Source: Elsinoe ampelina
Lineage: Eukaryota
NCBI GenBank assembly: GCA_010093995.1
Contig: ML992501.1
Location: 1,793,583-1,857,582, forward strand
Direction: 5' to 3'
Length of the DNA stretch: 64,000 nt
Below the pieces are notes generated by a model. That model worked only from the letters and a program-made list of their open reading frames with translations, was not told where the DNA came from and made no database searches. Position 1 is the first letter of the stretch. Each line of letters begins with the position of its first letter. Below are positions 1 through 12,570 of this stretch, in pieces. A program made the position numbers and the translations under genes.

Positions 1-2734
1 CCACGGCCTCTTCGTCGCCACCTTCTGCGAGTAAAGCCTTCTCAAATGATGAGACACCTGTAGACTTGACGGGCCAATTCTTCTCGAAGGTTGGAGCAAA
101 AACCGATGGTGTCGTGAAAGGCTTTCCTGTACTCGGCAGCGAGATTTGATCTTCAGACAATCCCGTGGCGTCGAGAATCGCGTGACATTCGTCGTCCAAA
201 CCGTGTGTCTTTGCTGTCAGGTAAGCCAATGGATCTGTGTTGCATTAGTATCAGCGTCGTGAGCTCATAACCACTATACTCACATTGATCGAGTTCCTTG
301 AGCATGTCAATTCTGCTTTGAACATCATTCAAGTATATCGAGTTCTGGAATCGTGAAGTCATGTCGCCTCTGTGCTCTGCGATCTTCGCCATTCGTTGAA
401 GCTTGTTTTCGTCACCAGTCGCCAGATACAGGAAGGAGAGTTTGTCGAAGTTCTTCAGCTTCTGGTAAGTCATTTCCACAACTTGGTGATTGCCGTGTGC
501 CAAAGCTTCCGAGCTGAGTTGCTGCCAGATCTTTGGTCGATCAAGCTGCTTGGCCATCTCGACAGCGACATCCAGATTGCCGCACTCGATCGCCAGCTCA
601 AATCTAGTTTGCGGGTCCTGCACGAATTGTAGAGCAATCTCAGGGTAGCCCTTTTTTTGCAGATATGAAATGATGCTCTGGCCAACAAGACTGGAGTTCT
701 TGATAATGTTCAGCATTTCGTCGTAGTGTCGCTTGACCAAGGCAAGCTTGAATCGATATTCCGTTGGCTCGATCGTCATGATCTTCGGCTTCGCTGCCCG
801 GTCGAGTGCGTAGATGCTGCGACCCTTGACACGGACAAGGTAGACCGTCTGGTCGAGAGTTCGCACAATGCCGTTGTCGCCATTCATGAGCGTGTACTTG
901 ATGTGATTAAGGGTAGAATAGAGCAGAACGCCAGCGTCATCCCAGACTGCGCTCTTGATCCGAATAGTCTCGTGCAGTGTAGAGACCTGTTCGAGCTGTT
1001 TTGTGACGATCGTAACGTTGTGCTTGCTCAGTAAGGCACAGTGGAGACCATCGCTAGACCAGGTCACGTATTTGACACCAGCTACAGCAAGTTCTGCAAG
1101 CTGCTTCTTTTGTTGAATATCGTACAAGTAGACCGTGGTTGGCGTGACGAGCAAAAGACAACCGGTGCCTCCGAAAAAGACGTCTGTGGTACCGTGCGGT
1201 GGCTTGATGGTCTTGGTCGTCGAATTCGAGAGATCCTTGATGTCCACTTGCTGGTTTGCTGAGTTGAAAACGGCGAAGCGGTTCCTGGCAACGAAGACGG
1301 CGGACTGTCCAGATCCCCGCATAGTGTTCGTGGGCTCAACTGCACCAGAAGCGTCCTTTGGCAAGCTGACGAGCTCGTACACGCCACCATCAACAGGCGA
1401 TGTGACAAGAACAGCGCGTTCAGCTGGGTTGTATGACATGGACCGTGGTGGTACCCATGCGCTTCCTAGCTTCTTCAAGGAGAGCATCGACGGACTCTCA
1501 ACATTCTTCGTAAAGTCGAACGATCGAACATGCTTCTCCTTGGTGATATAGAAAAGCTGGTTCTGGTAGACCGCAGATGCTGGGCGTTCTCTCTCCAGTT
1601 TAAACACCATTACACCATTGTCGTGACCAGCTGCAAACAGATTGATCTCTGGATGCGCCGCAATCACCCAGAACCTATCGTTCTCGCGCTTGAAGGACTG
1701 TACCGATGTCCGCTTGTTCAGATCCCAGACACGCACGGTCTTGTCCTCACCGACCGACAGAATGAGATCCTGGTGTGGATGGAACAAGCACGCCGATGCA
1801 TTCTGGAAATGGCCTCGACAGGTATCGACCTCCCAAGCTTTTGTTTCGCTCATCCTCCAGAGCTTGATGAGCCTGTCATCTCCTGCCGAAACAATGAGGG
1901 GCAGAGTCGGGTGGAATGCGACCCAATTCACACCGCGATCATGACCTTCGAGCACGAACTTGACGACCGCGTCAGTGTTACCGAACATGTCCGCCTGATT
2001 CGCATTGGCTCGAGCCATTTGATCTTCGAATGTCATCGTCGTTGGCGCAGAGTGCTTCTTTCGCAGACCAGAGATGTCCCAGACGCGGACTGACTGGTCC
2101 AGGGATGCAGACACTACCAGGTCTTCCTTCGGGTGAAACTGTGCGCACATGGCATAGTGGTTGTGTCCAGTCATCGTGCAGACTGCAGTGTGTTAGCTTA
2201 CCCCCATCACTTGTCAGGGTGTGCCATACTCAAAGACCGGTTTTGCCAATTCCAGATCTTGATGGTCTGATCATCGGAGCTCGAGATAATCCACGGTAGC
2301 TCATGGTGGAAGAAGACAGTCCGCACGTAGTCGAGATGACCACTCAGAGTGAAAAGACATCGCCGTGTCTGGTATGACCACACCTTGATCTTGTAGTCGT
2401 CTCCTCCTGAAACGAAGAGAGGCTGTGTTTTGTGGAAGTCAATGCCTCGAACAGGTCCATCATGTTCTTCAAAGCGATCGATCAATGTTCCCATGCGGTA
2501 GTCCCAAAGCTGAATGGTCGAGGAATGGAGGGAAACGAGGATCCATGGTCTGTGGCATACGTCAGCTGGCATGTTTGGCATTACGGATCTGAGGTGCTGA
2601 CCGCTTCGGATGGAAGGCTATGCCCTTCGCTCGCGAAGATTTGGACTCGAACTGTCACGACTTGTCAATGATCCGATGACCAACAGTGTCAGTGCCCAGC
2701 ATACCTTTGTTAGCATATTAGGGGAGGACTGCAT
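1..2734 (-). CDS. COP1: Coatomer subunit alpha (alpha-COP), multi-exon, 3' end outside the window
   Basis: Spliced N-terminus [47 protein letters not shown], followed by WD40 repeats ([20 protein letters not shown]) and the coatomer WDAD region in ORFs 2207-2581 and 153-2174. Short GT-AG introns lie near 2653-2704, 2.55-2.6 kb, 2.18-2.23 kb and 0.24-0.29 kb. Confidence 0.97.
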
Positions 2735-3295
2735 GGCCGCGGCTGATGGGAAGCTGCCGCTCCTCCAATTGCTGTAGTGTTGCGCACAATCTGCTCAATA
2801 GGTTCTATCAATTGCGCTGTGAAAGTACGCTGCCGCTAGAATCCTTTGGCGCAAGCGATGCCGTGATGGAAGGGGTTTCGGGGGTCGTGATGTCGTAGCC
2901 TGAGCTTCCAAGCACCAAGGACACATAATTCTAGAGGAGCTCACGCCCGCCCAAAGCCAGGGATGCGGCTGTTTCCGTTCTCGTCCCCACAAATCACGTG
3001 CAAGGCCCAACTTCACTTCCCGGAACTTCACTTTCTTCTACAGACCTTCTTCCACCAGGGCTGGCTCCCACCATATCCTTCATCCAGACATGCTCAATAC
3101 AATCTCTTAAGCTGGCATCTCTACCAGTGCTCTTGGATACACACCTCCACTCCGACTTCGGCGGCACCTTCCTCCTGTGGCACGAGTCCTCCGCAATGAC
3201 GCTTCAAAAGTGTCACAAGCCCCGCGAACACACAGTCAGGGGTATACATTTGTAATCCCCTCACTCAGAGCCCTCCCCATCCGTCACGAGAGACA

Positions 3296-4027
3296 ATGAA
3301 TCCCTCAAGACAAGACACCCCCTTCCCCCGCCCTCTCGCCTCGCCACCCCTCTCCCCAACACTCACCACCCTCTCCAAACCCGCCACCCAACCCCTCTAC
3401 CCCCGCAAGACCCCTCTCTCAACTCCCTCATCCTCCCGCAAATCATCCACCTCCCCTCCCGGCTCCTCGATACAAATCACCGACCTCACGGAAGAAGACG
3501 CAGGCTACCAATCCGAGCTCGACGTCGACGTCCTCTTGCCGTACGAAACCATCGAGGCCTCCTCCCGGTCACCCACACGCTCACCCCACCCAGCCGCTCC
3601 CAGCGCGAATCAAAGCGATGTCGACTTCTCATCCACCGATTCGGATACGCGTGTCGCTCGCCGCATGAGTCGTCTGCAATTCTCCACTGAAGGCGACAGG
3701 GGTCCGAATGACCGCTTACTGGCGCCGGAGCTGCGGCATAAGCGCAAGGCCACAGGGTGGAGTACGAGGGGTCCGAAGAGGAGCCACTCCCTTGCCGTGG
3801 ATGAGGGGGAGGAGGTAGATTCGGATGCGTGGTGGGATCACGGGGTGGGAGGCATGGAGAGACGGATCAGGCGGCGGGTGGGGTGGTTTGAGGATGTCAA
3901 TGCAGAGGGAGCGTGGAAGACTTGTCAGGAAGGCGACGCAGGGGACGAGGGCGAGGGCATGGACAGAGGTAGGGTGAGGGAGCGGAAGGGTCTCGATGAG
4001 CGGGATGGAATGGATGTTGACGATTGA
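3296..4027 (+). CDS. Hypothetical protein (243 aa, S/P-rich N-terminus, acidic/basic C-terminus)
   Basis: Single ATG-initiated ORF divergent from COP1. Low-complexity composition, no recognised domain. Confidence 0.6.
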   Translation: MNPSRQDTPFPRPLASPPLSPTLTTLSKPATQPLYPRKTPLSTPSSSRKSSTSPPGSSIQITDLTEEDAGYQSELDVDVLLPYETIEASSRSPTRSPHPAAPSANQSDVDFSSTDSDTRVARRMSRLQFSTEGDRGPNDRLLAPELRHKRKATGWSTRGPKRSHSLAVDEGEEVDSDAWWDHGVGGMERRIRRRVGWFEDVNAEGAWKTCQEGDAGDEGEGMDRGRVRERKGLDERDGMDVDD

Positions 4028-4217
4028 TGATTGATGAGGACGACGCTCAAGACTCACGACTGACGACTGATGAATCGATCGTAGCGACCTTAGGATTGAT
4101 TGTCTGTCTTATGAATGCCACGTCTGTCATGCTGTTTTACAACTCATCGTCGCTTTCAGCCCGCGCAATTGTCATTTCTTGTCTGCACGGCCCAGCCACT
4201 TTCCAGATGGAGGTGGT

Positions 4218-5624
4218 TCACGCTATATAAATCAACCTCATCGAGCTGGCGACAGAAGTAGGCACAATGGGATACAAAGCGCTATGTGGATGAATCTCGA
4301 TGCTTCGGTACCACATCACCGCCCTCGCCATGAGAAGCCACCAAACTTGCTGAAAGATCAAACGAGGCTCGTCCGTCACTGTGTTTGGTTGTCTGAATCG
4401 TTCATCAAGCCACGTGTCCGCGTGTGGGCTGGACATGAAGCTGTCCAGGCTGTCGCAGTAGGCGTGCGTCATTTCAATCATCCTGATATCAACACCATCA
4501 ACGTCGCCCATATCCATACTATACGGGCGAAAGGCCCGGGGATCAAGATTTGTGAGCTCCTGCATAGCTGTCACGGAGACGTGCATGCCGATCGAGTCGC
4601 GCGTTACTCCTGTCAAATGTTCCCGTGGATCGACTTGTCCGCAGAGTAACCCTATCTCGTGACGAGCACCTCGGATGAGGGTCCGCCAATCCGGGCGAGA
4701 AGCAAGTCGATCACTGCTCGTCCAAGTTCTTGTGATCGCGAAGAAATCATACAGCCATTGAATAGCCGTCGTGCGCAATCGAAATTGTTGCATGAATCTG
4801 TCGAATCGATATCGCAGGACAAAGAGACCCTCTGGAGTGGCCAGTGGAGAGTGAAAAAACGACTGCCTCAAGGGATGCAGTACCCTAGTGGATCCATGCG
4901 GAATCGATGATAACAAAGGTTCAGAATCCATGGCAATGAGATCGTCCAGGGCAGCCGCAGAGCTGCTGAGCTCTTCAGTCTCTAGCAACGAAGTGTGGTT
5001 CAAATTGGCGGCAAAATCGATGATGCGTCTCAAGGCTCCGCGATGGGGACCAAATTGACGTAGATAAAGACACAGCGGTCGTACATCCATGCCTTCCGTG
5101 CCAGCACTCATTGTCACTTCGCCACACAATTGGCCTCCAGGCACTTCAAGCTTTCCCATAGCGAAGAGGTCGGCAGCTCTGGTAGGCATGAGGTGACTAA
5201 GCTCTACCCTGTCAGTGGATTGAAAATGTAGGACCGGTCCCAAACCCCTGATCAGTGTACTCGACAGCGACCCAACAATACCCTCAGCGGAGAAGATTCC
5301 ATTGTTGAGGTCAATTGTTTGCCACCGCATGCCTAATCGATGACCGACCGCGACCAAATCACGGAGATAGACACTTGCAAGCGGCGCAAGTGTATCAGCC
5401 GGAAGAGAATCCCAACGACTCTCTGTCAGATACACTACAACTGCAGTAGCCCGGCGTTCGGCACTCGACTCCACGTGTTTGTATCCAGATCGATTGGTCG
5501 GCTGTTGTATTGCTTTCCTGAGTGGTTTGGCGCCACAAGCTGACGGAGTGTGTAGCGAACATTCGCACTGCTCGCAGATGCATAATCCGACAGACGATAG
5601 ATTCACTGTTTGTTGTTTGAGCAA
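4218..5624 (-). CDS. Modin (MOD-A)-like fungal protein; true start uncertain
   Basis: 468-codon open frame containing WDSLPADTLAPLA..LRDLVAVGHRLGMRW...G.FSAEG..GSLSSTLIRGLG, which I recall from fungal proteins annotated as modin. There is no in-frame ATG at the 5' end of the ORF. Confidence 0.55.
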   Translation of the reverse strand: MLKQQTVNLSSVGLCICEQCECSLHTPSACGAKPLRKAIQQPTNRSGYKHVESSAERRATAVVVYLTESRWDSLPADTLAPLASVYLRDLVAVGHRLGMRWQTIDLNNGIFSAEGIVGSLSSTLIRGLGPVLHFQSTDRVELSHLMPTRAADLFAMGKLEVPGGQLCGEVTMSAGTEGMDVRPLCLYLRQFGPHRGALRRIIDFAANLNHTSLLETEELSSSAAALDDLIAMDSEPLLSSIPHGSTRVLHPLRQSFFHSPLATPEGLFVLRYRFDRFMQQFRLRTTAIQWLYDFFAITRTWTSSDRLASRPDWRTLIRGARHEIGLLCGQVDPREHLTGVTRDSIGMHVSVTAMQELTNLDPRAFRPYSMDMGDVDGVDIRMIEMTHAYCDSLDSFMSSPHADTWLDERFRQPNTVTDEPRLIFQQVWWLLMARAVMWYRSIEIHPHSALYPIVPTSVASSMRLIYIA

Positions 5625-6282
5625 GGGAAAGTGGTTGCTCGTAAGGTGAAGTCAAACGCCGCGCCAAGGCAGATCACATGACCCAGCCGACCACAGGGTA
5701 GCAGCAGCAGCTCGTCACGTCTGCATTCCTTCCTGCACTCTTTGAAGGCAAGCTTTTAATATCGGATAGGGGTTCATTAATGTCATCCAGTATATACTCG
5801 GAGCAGAGTGTCTCCAGCGCGACCAACCAAAAACAACGACCATCGTCCTGCGACCCAGCACTCTACTCCATCAAATAATTCATAGATCCCCCGAACCCAT
5901 TGCGTAACAATCATAAAGCATCAGAGCCGAATCAGCCTTGTCGAAGCCAAACGCTCGAATAGCAAAAACAGAAGTTCCAGGACAGACAATAGCGCTAAAA
6001 CAAAAACATGCTCTTAACATCATCAGGGTATCCTTTGTTGGGGTATCACAAAATCATTTCTGACTCAAGGGAAAACCCCCTGTTCCGGGCACTCTCGTTG
6101 GGTGCCGGACTGGGTCATCGTCCAAGTCCTGTTCTAAGATTTGGCTTCGTTCGGTTCATTCATCGTTACTTCGTGTTGCTTGCTGTCAGCAACATGTTGA
6201 TGTTGTATGAATAGTGGTCTTCGAATTGAAGGTTCGTCATATCTTCATCGTGAAGACTCATGCGGTCGGTAGGGTAGGGGTC

Positions 6283-8497
6283 CTAGCGGTGGGCGTTTTC
6301 GGAGGTTGCCACAGCCACAAGAGCCTCGAGACGGCCCATATCATTGCGAGGAGGCGGGTGTTGAGCGTAGTGGTGCTGCAGACGAGCGTCGTGACCAGAG
6401 TGTAGGGTGTAGGAAGCACCGTGACTCCCATGGGGATAGTGTGCGTACATGTGAGATCCGGAGTCGGTCCTGACGGGTTCAGGCTTGGCTCTCTCAGCCT
6501 CCATGGCACGGTGCTGCTCTTCAGTCAGGGCTGCACCTGGAGGTCTGACGACCATACCATTGGCTTGAACGATGGCTGGGTGAGCTTCAGTGCCTTGCGA
6601 GGTCGATGGGGTAGGGACGCCATCACTGCTGCCGGATTCCTCAGGAGAGGGGCGATGAGCAATGTTGATCGGCTGGCTGCGAGACGCAGGCCCACCATAC
6701 CACCCCTGACGCCTGTTGCTAACACCCAGGTTCTCATTGCCAGACTCGATGCTTGCTGTAGGCTGGTTTTGTCCGCCCTCGGAAGTGGGCGGGGCTTGCG
6801 GGAAATGGAAAGTGGGCAGCGGCGCTCGAGCACGAGCGACAGCAGGCCTTGGTGGAGTAGTGTTGGTGATGTCAAGACGGTTCAGGTTCTGGTGCAGACT
6901 GGCCTCCCAAACTGAGTTGGAGCGCCTGTCGTCAGGTCCGGGTGCTTTGCCTTCCATAGGGCCAAGGTAAACTGGAGGTCGGCCAGAGTTGTCGATCTGC
7001 ATGGGGCTGGAAGAACGTGCAGCTGCAGGTGCGGCGGAGATGGCGTGGTCGAAGCTCTCGATACCTGGAAGCCTGGTCACCTGACTTGCAGCTGATTGAC
7101 CAGCAGTAGTAGGTCTGGCGTCGTCAGGAGTCTGTGCATATGTCAAACCACTAGTGGCAGGGCGTTGAACATGGGCAGCATATGTGCCAGGATGCCAAGT
7201 GCGCCGTCTCCACTCGAGGTCGGCGTCAGAGTCACGACGAGAGTGCGAGTAGACAGAACTGGTAGGGCTGTGAATGCTGCTCGTGCTTGCGGTGGAGTGG
7301 TGAAAGCCACCAGCAGGAGGGTAGGGGCTGTAGTGCGCGGGTGGGTAAGCGTTGGCATGTCCAGACTGGTATGGACTGGCGACAGATGGAACAGAGAGTC
7401 TCCTCGCAGAAGTCGCGCTCGAAGGTGGGTAGTATGCCGCTCGAGGTGCAATTGAGGGCGACTGCACTGGGAACCGGGGGCTGTTACCTCCAGTCGAGAA
7501 AGTGGCAGAGGTCGGCGTGCTGTAACCGCTAGGAGACTGTGCCGTGTAGTAGGCGTACTGCGTCGGCGCGGCACCTGGCTGTGCGTAAGGGTCGACAGTC
7601 ATTCGACCTGGTGTAATCTGGCTGGCCATGGCCAATGGTGGTGGACGACGCCGGCCATCGTCGGGCATGTTGCTGACGTTCGAGGTCGTCGAAGCAATAC
7701 TTGACGATGACAAATTTCTGCTATGACCTCTGACATGGCCGATACTGCCTCCTGTGCCTGCTCTTGCTCGGCCGCCAGGTGCTCGAACGCGGTCGGTGCG
7801 GATCTGTCTTTGGAACCTGCTGCTGGTGGCAGCGAGAGAATCACCAGGTATTTCTTCGTTGACGTGGACAGTCTGAGCATGTTGACGCAGGTTGTCGAGT
7901 CGAGAGAAGCGGCGAGAGCAGTGACATTGGAATGGCCTTTCGCCAGTATGCTTCCTTTCGAGTTGGTCAGCAATTATCCCATGATCCTGGTTGCAGAGTG
8001 ACATACCTGATATGACGGGCGAGATGCTCACTGCGAGTGAAGCTGAGGTTGCAAGGTGGAAAGTCGGTGCAGAAGAACCTCTGTCCCTTCTTCTTCTTCC
8101 TTGGCTTCGAATCGCTAGCATTACTGTCATTTTCCGAGTCCATCTCGCCGTCATCTGCCATTTCTACATCCTCGGAATCCTCCTTTTGCTGTCCAGACCG
8201 GGTGGTGACGGCATCATTGTCAGACTTGTCCGCATCGGGTGTGTTGGCAATATCGGAGGGTGAAAAAGGCGTGGTGGGTAGCGGTCGTTGACCTGGGACA
8301 CCACCAAAGTCGTCCTTGGTGGGGGTGGAGACTTCGGCGGTGTCGACGGTCTTGTCGTCTACGGTCGGAGTTGCTGCCGGTCGACTTTGCTCAATACGCT
8401 TGGGAGAGCTCATGTTCATGAGCCTGGGTGTCGAAGGGTGCGTCGGCGGTGAGAAATGTGAGTTGTGCGGATGGTACGACGTGGTGGTCGCAGCCAT
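6283..8497 (-). CDS. nsdC: C2H2 transcription factor, NsdC/Usv1 type
   Basis: [61 protein letters not shown], joined across intron 7955-8006 (gtatgt...gctgac...aag). C-terminal [11 protein letters not shown] motif. Confidence 0.9.
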
Positions 8498-10417
8498 GGC
8501 TAGAGCCGTCTTCGAGACGGTGATGACGTCCTAAATCCGAGAAGCAGGAGTGGTCGAGTCGCTGCACACGAAGGAAAGCAGTCAAATTTACAGCTGCTGT
8601 TACTGTCGACTTGATCTCCTCGCGTCGAGCTGCGACGACGGAGAAAGCGGACAGAGATGTCGAGGCAAGGTCCGGGAGAGTGGTACAAGCGTTGTCGGGA
8701 GAGAGTTTGAGGGTGTCGCACAGATGCTGACGGGAAGGCGCATTAGATTCTACCACCACCTTTCAAAAAAGCAAATCTGGCCTGGTCGGGAAGAATAATT
8801 CGGAGCCTCGTAAAAAAAAACAGCCCGAGTCGAACGTTAAAATATCATTCAATCGTGACAGAAGGTCGGTCGTCAAGGTACGAAATTCATAGATGGTCGT
8901 GCATTCGAGGATGAACAACGAAGACGCAAGTGCGGGATGCAGGAGGATGGAGAAGGGAGGGGACTAGTCAAAATGTTGGATGATAACGACAAGAGCTGGA
9001 CAAGCTGGAGGCTGGCCTCTGCCCCGCCACGATGTGAAAAGAGGAAAAGACTCTGTGGAATTCCCCCCTCCTGTCCCTCAGGGTTTCTGGGAGCAGTTAC
9101 GTATGCTCTGGTGAGAGTGTTTCAACGGCATTTCTCAGCACAGCCGCGACTTGTCACCCGTCGATCGCTGTTCCATACGGACTTGAGAGGTACTGCGACT
9201 TGGTACGGGGGGCTTGCAAGCAGAGTGGGATGCTGGGGGGGCGTAAGGGCAACCCAGACTTGCGAGAAAAGGCGTATGACGGCGTGTCTAACTTACCATT
9301 CCGTGCCTTGCGACTGGGCGGCGCTTCGTGCGGGAATACACCTCAGTACCTGGAGGCAGCCCTCGAGCGAGCAAGGCCGGTCTGGTCTCCCAGACTCAAG
9401 AACAGAACTTAAGAAGAAGCTTTTGACCAAATCATGCACGAGGATGCCGCATTCGACGCATTCGACCACGCCCTTGGTCTGTGTTCGCCTTTTGCGGGTC
9501 CTTGGTCCTGGCGCACGGCTAGCGAGGTCGATGGTGCCTCTCGTTCCTCTCGTTCCTCTCGTTCGTGGCCTCATGGGCCGTCTCGGCGCCAGATGGATCT
9601 ACGAGACTACGCCTCGGCGGTCGATCCGGACGTTTTGGGGATCCCATCCGAGTCGTCGCACGACCTCACCCCGCTGAAGGATGCGTCGATAGTCCAGGAA
9701 CAAGCCGCACAAGCATACGATCTTGTATCAGACACTGCATCTGTCTTCGACGACTGCCAGGTTGCTTTTCCACGGATTCCCTGGTTGACTTCACCGCTCT
9801 CCCGACCGTTTGGCAACGTGATCGTGGAATCGCGGTCCCCCAGTAACTTATCGGGGACTTGTGGCGCCCTTGTCCCCCAGCCATCTCCCAAACAAATGGT
9901 GCTACCCACTGCAAGCCCTGCGGCCTGGCACGCCCAAAGCTGCCATCCAACAAAAGCCAGAAGTGTCTGCGTGACCTGACCGCTGACGAATTTGGTCAAA
10001 TGGCCGCCAGGAACACGTGAAAATCCGCAAAACTACTCCACTCTGCACGATTCATGATCCATGCCGTTTTTGCCTAACGCTGCTGCAGGTGCAGCTGAGA
10101 ATGCAGCCTCGATTGCGCCCTGACATGGCGGTTGAATTTCGGACTCTGCTCAATGTCCAATAGAATACCTTTGGTTGATGCAATGTGAATGCATCGGGAA
10201 TAATGGTAATTTATAGATGCGTTATCATATATTTTTGCGAATGGTGTGCATGATCGAACTCTTGAGATTCGTGATTCCGACTATGCCGCTTTCAACTCTA
10301 ACGATTCTATGACGAGGGGCGGCATCCGAACAGCCATGAGCACCACGTGCGTGCTATATTCAAATAACCTTAAGCCTTGAACTACAAGCTCATACTTATG
10401 ATAGATGGTCTATTGTC

Positions 10418-12305
10418 CTAAGACTTCGCCTCAGTCGTATAGCTAACAACCGCATCTCGCACCTTCACACGGTGAACCAAATGAGCATTACCCGTGTCCT
10501 CCACCCCGGTAGCCTCCGACAGCACATTCCCCGCTTCATCATGAGTACGATCCCACTCCGCCACCTCAGCATTCGGGACCCTCTTGAGCTGATGCACCAC
10601 ACTTCCATCCTTGTTGACTACAGTAAGTGTGCGAATAGTGTACTTGCGGATACGAGGCAGCAAATGCACCCATACGTAGTAGTAGATGCCCATACTAACC
10701 ATAAGACCAATGCCGACGACGATGTAAGTGCCATACCAGAACGAGTAGTCCCCGCCGTCCTCGGGCGGGACCCAAGGCATGATCAGGATGAAGAGACAGA
10801 CTAGCGCCGAGAAGATGAGAGCGGTATGCCATGCCTGGAATTGTGCTGGCGGTAGACCTTCCTTCTTGCGGTGACGGCGGAGAGCATAGATACCGACGAC
10901 CATGAGAAAGATGAAGATGGAGTCTGGATAGGATCGGAGGTCAACGAGGAAGTCGAATGCGTCTCCGAATGGCAGGGCGAGAATTACGATCATAGTCATG
11001 AGCCACTTGAGCAGGATCGGGGCGAAGGGGGTGCCGAAGGGTTTGGTGGAAGCCCATAGATGTGGCCATGGGAGGACACCCTGTCTAGCACACTCGCGGA
11101 TTGAACGAGTGGCTCCGATGATGACGGCCATGATGTTGCCGGCTGCACTCACCGCGACGAGAGCGGGCAGACCTCTAGCAGCTCTCGTTCCAAAGACAGC
11201 TTCGAAGAAGAGTGCCGCAGCCAGCTCACCAGACTCCCGAATCTGAGCGGCTGGTACGGCAGCGAAGTAAGCAACGTTGGCTAGGACGTAGAGGATGAAA
11301 ACAATAATGAGCGAAATGGGTGCAACCTTCTTGAGTAGCGGAAACGAGTTCTTGATCTCGTTGGTGACGTTGAAGGCATTTGTGTATCCCTGGTAGGCGA
11401 AATTGATGCTGACCAGTGCATTGACGAGATCGTTCCCATTGTTGGTGATGCCATCGAAAGAATTTTGAAAGTTCGCACGAGGTTCTGCAACACTTGTGCC
11501 GCCTCCCAAGACGACGAAGCCGGTGATGACGATGAAGAGGAGAATGATCAACTTGACCGCCGAGATGAGGTTCATGAGGCGCATCGACCACTTTGTCGAG
11601 ATCAGGCACAGAAAAGCCAGGAAAGTGTATGATGCCATAGCGAGGCCCTTGTTCTCCCATTCTGTTGCGGTGTGTCCAGCGGCGCGGAAGATGTATTCTG
11701 CAAGCACGACAGCGTTACTGCTCGAAAAGGAGAAGACGACGGTGAAGAAGGCGTATGTGACTGGGAAGAGGAAGGCAGGTCTTGGAAATGCCTGCTCCAA
11801 GTATGCGACTTGACCGCCAGACCGATTCGGGAAGAGCGATGCATACTCTAGGTAAATCGCAAGTGTTGCTAAGGTATGATCAATGTCGAGGAACAAGACA
11901 ATATTCGTGGAAGCCTACCAGCGGCGATGACAAACCCGAAGATCCAGTATAGTATTGACAGACCGACCGAGTCGAGGGCTCGTAGGATTGATCCGGCTGT
12001 GTTGATGATCAGTACTATGTGGTGCACACATGTCAAGCCGTGTTGTACTCACGAGTACTGAAGACACCAGTTCCCACCATCTGAGATACATTCAGAAACA
12101 GGATGCCAGCCCATCCCACGTGATAGCCCAGAGGACTGACTGTCTCGACGGGCGCTCCGTTCGCATCTTGATAGACCGCGACGCCATTGACAATAGTCTC
12201 ATCTCCGATTTGGGCGTTCTTCTCCCTGACTTCTGTCGCGCTCACGTTGTCGCTCGAATCTCCCCAGAAGAGGTGCTTGAGATGCGATGCCGAAACCGAA
12301 GCCAT
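10418..12305 (-). CDS. MUP1: High-affinity methionine permease (APC family, MUP1-like)
   Basis: APVETVSPLGYHVGW, MVGTGVFSTPGSIL and YLEYASLFPNRSGGQVAYLEQAFPRP motifs, many hydrophobic helices, and two introns (~12.00-12.05 kb and ~11.86-11.91 kb). Confidence 0.88.
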
Positions 12306-12528
12306 GATTGATCGTAGGAGCAGTATTGACTGCCTTTGCCAATGTACCTACCTCCATATTTGCAGACGATGTGTATATATTATATCGCTGTGCATCTTGT
12401 TGGGAGCATCTGCAGCCAGGGCAAGCATTTGTGCACTGAAGTTGCAAACACGCAATTTCGCCGAGCCTCGCGTTATCAGACAGCGTCGCATCATACGTAG
12501 CTTGTATCATAGATGATCCCCATGCTTA

Positions 12529-12570
12529 GATTGAGAAAGGAAAAGCTTGGATTGAGAAAGGAAAAGCTTG
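12529..12570. repeat. Perfect 21-bp tandem duplication (GATTGAGAAAGGAAAAGCTTG x2)
   Basis: Read directly; lies upstream of the methionine permease. Confidence 0.9.

Noticed and set aside
8937..9999. Overlapping ORFs of 130-246 aa upstream of nsdC
   Set aside because: No recognisable motifs and mutually overlapping; more likely regulatory or leader sequence.
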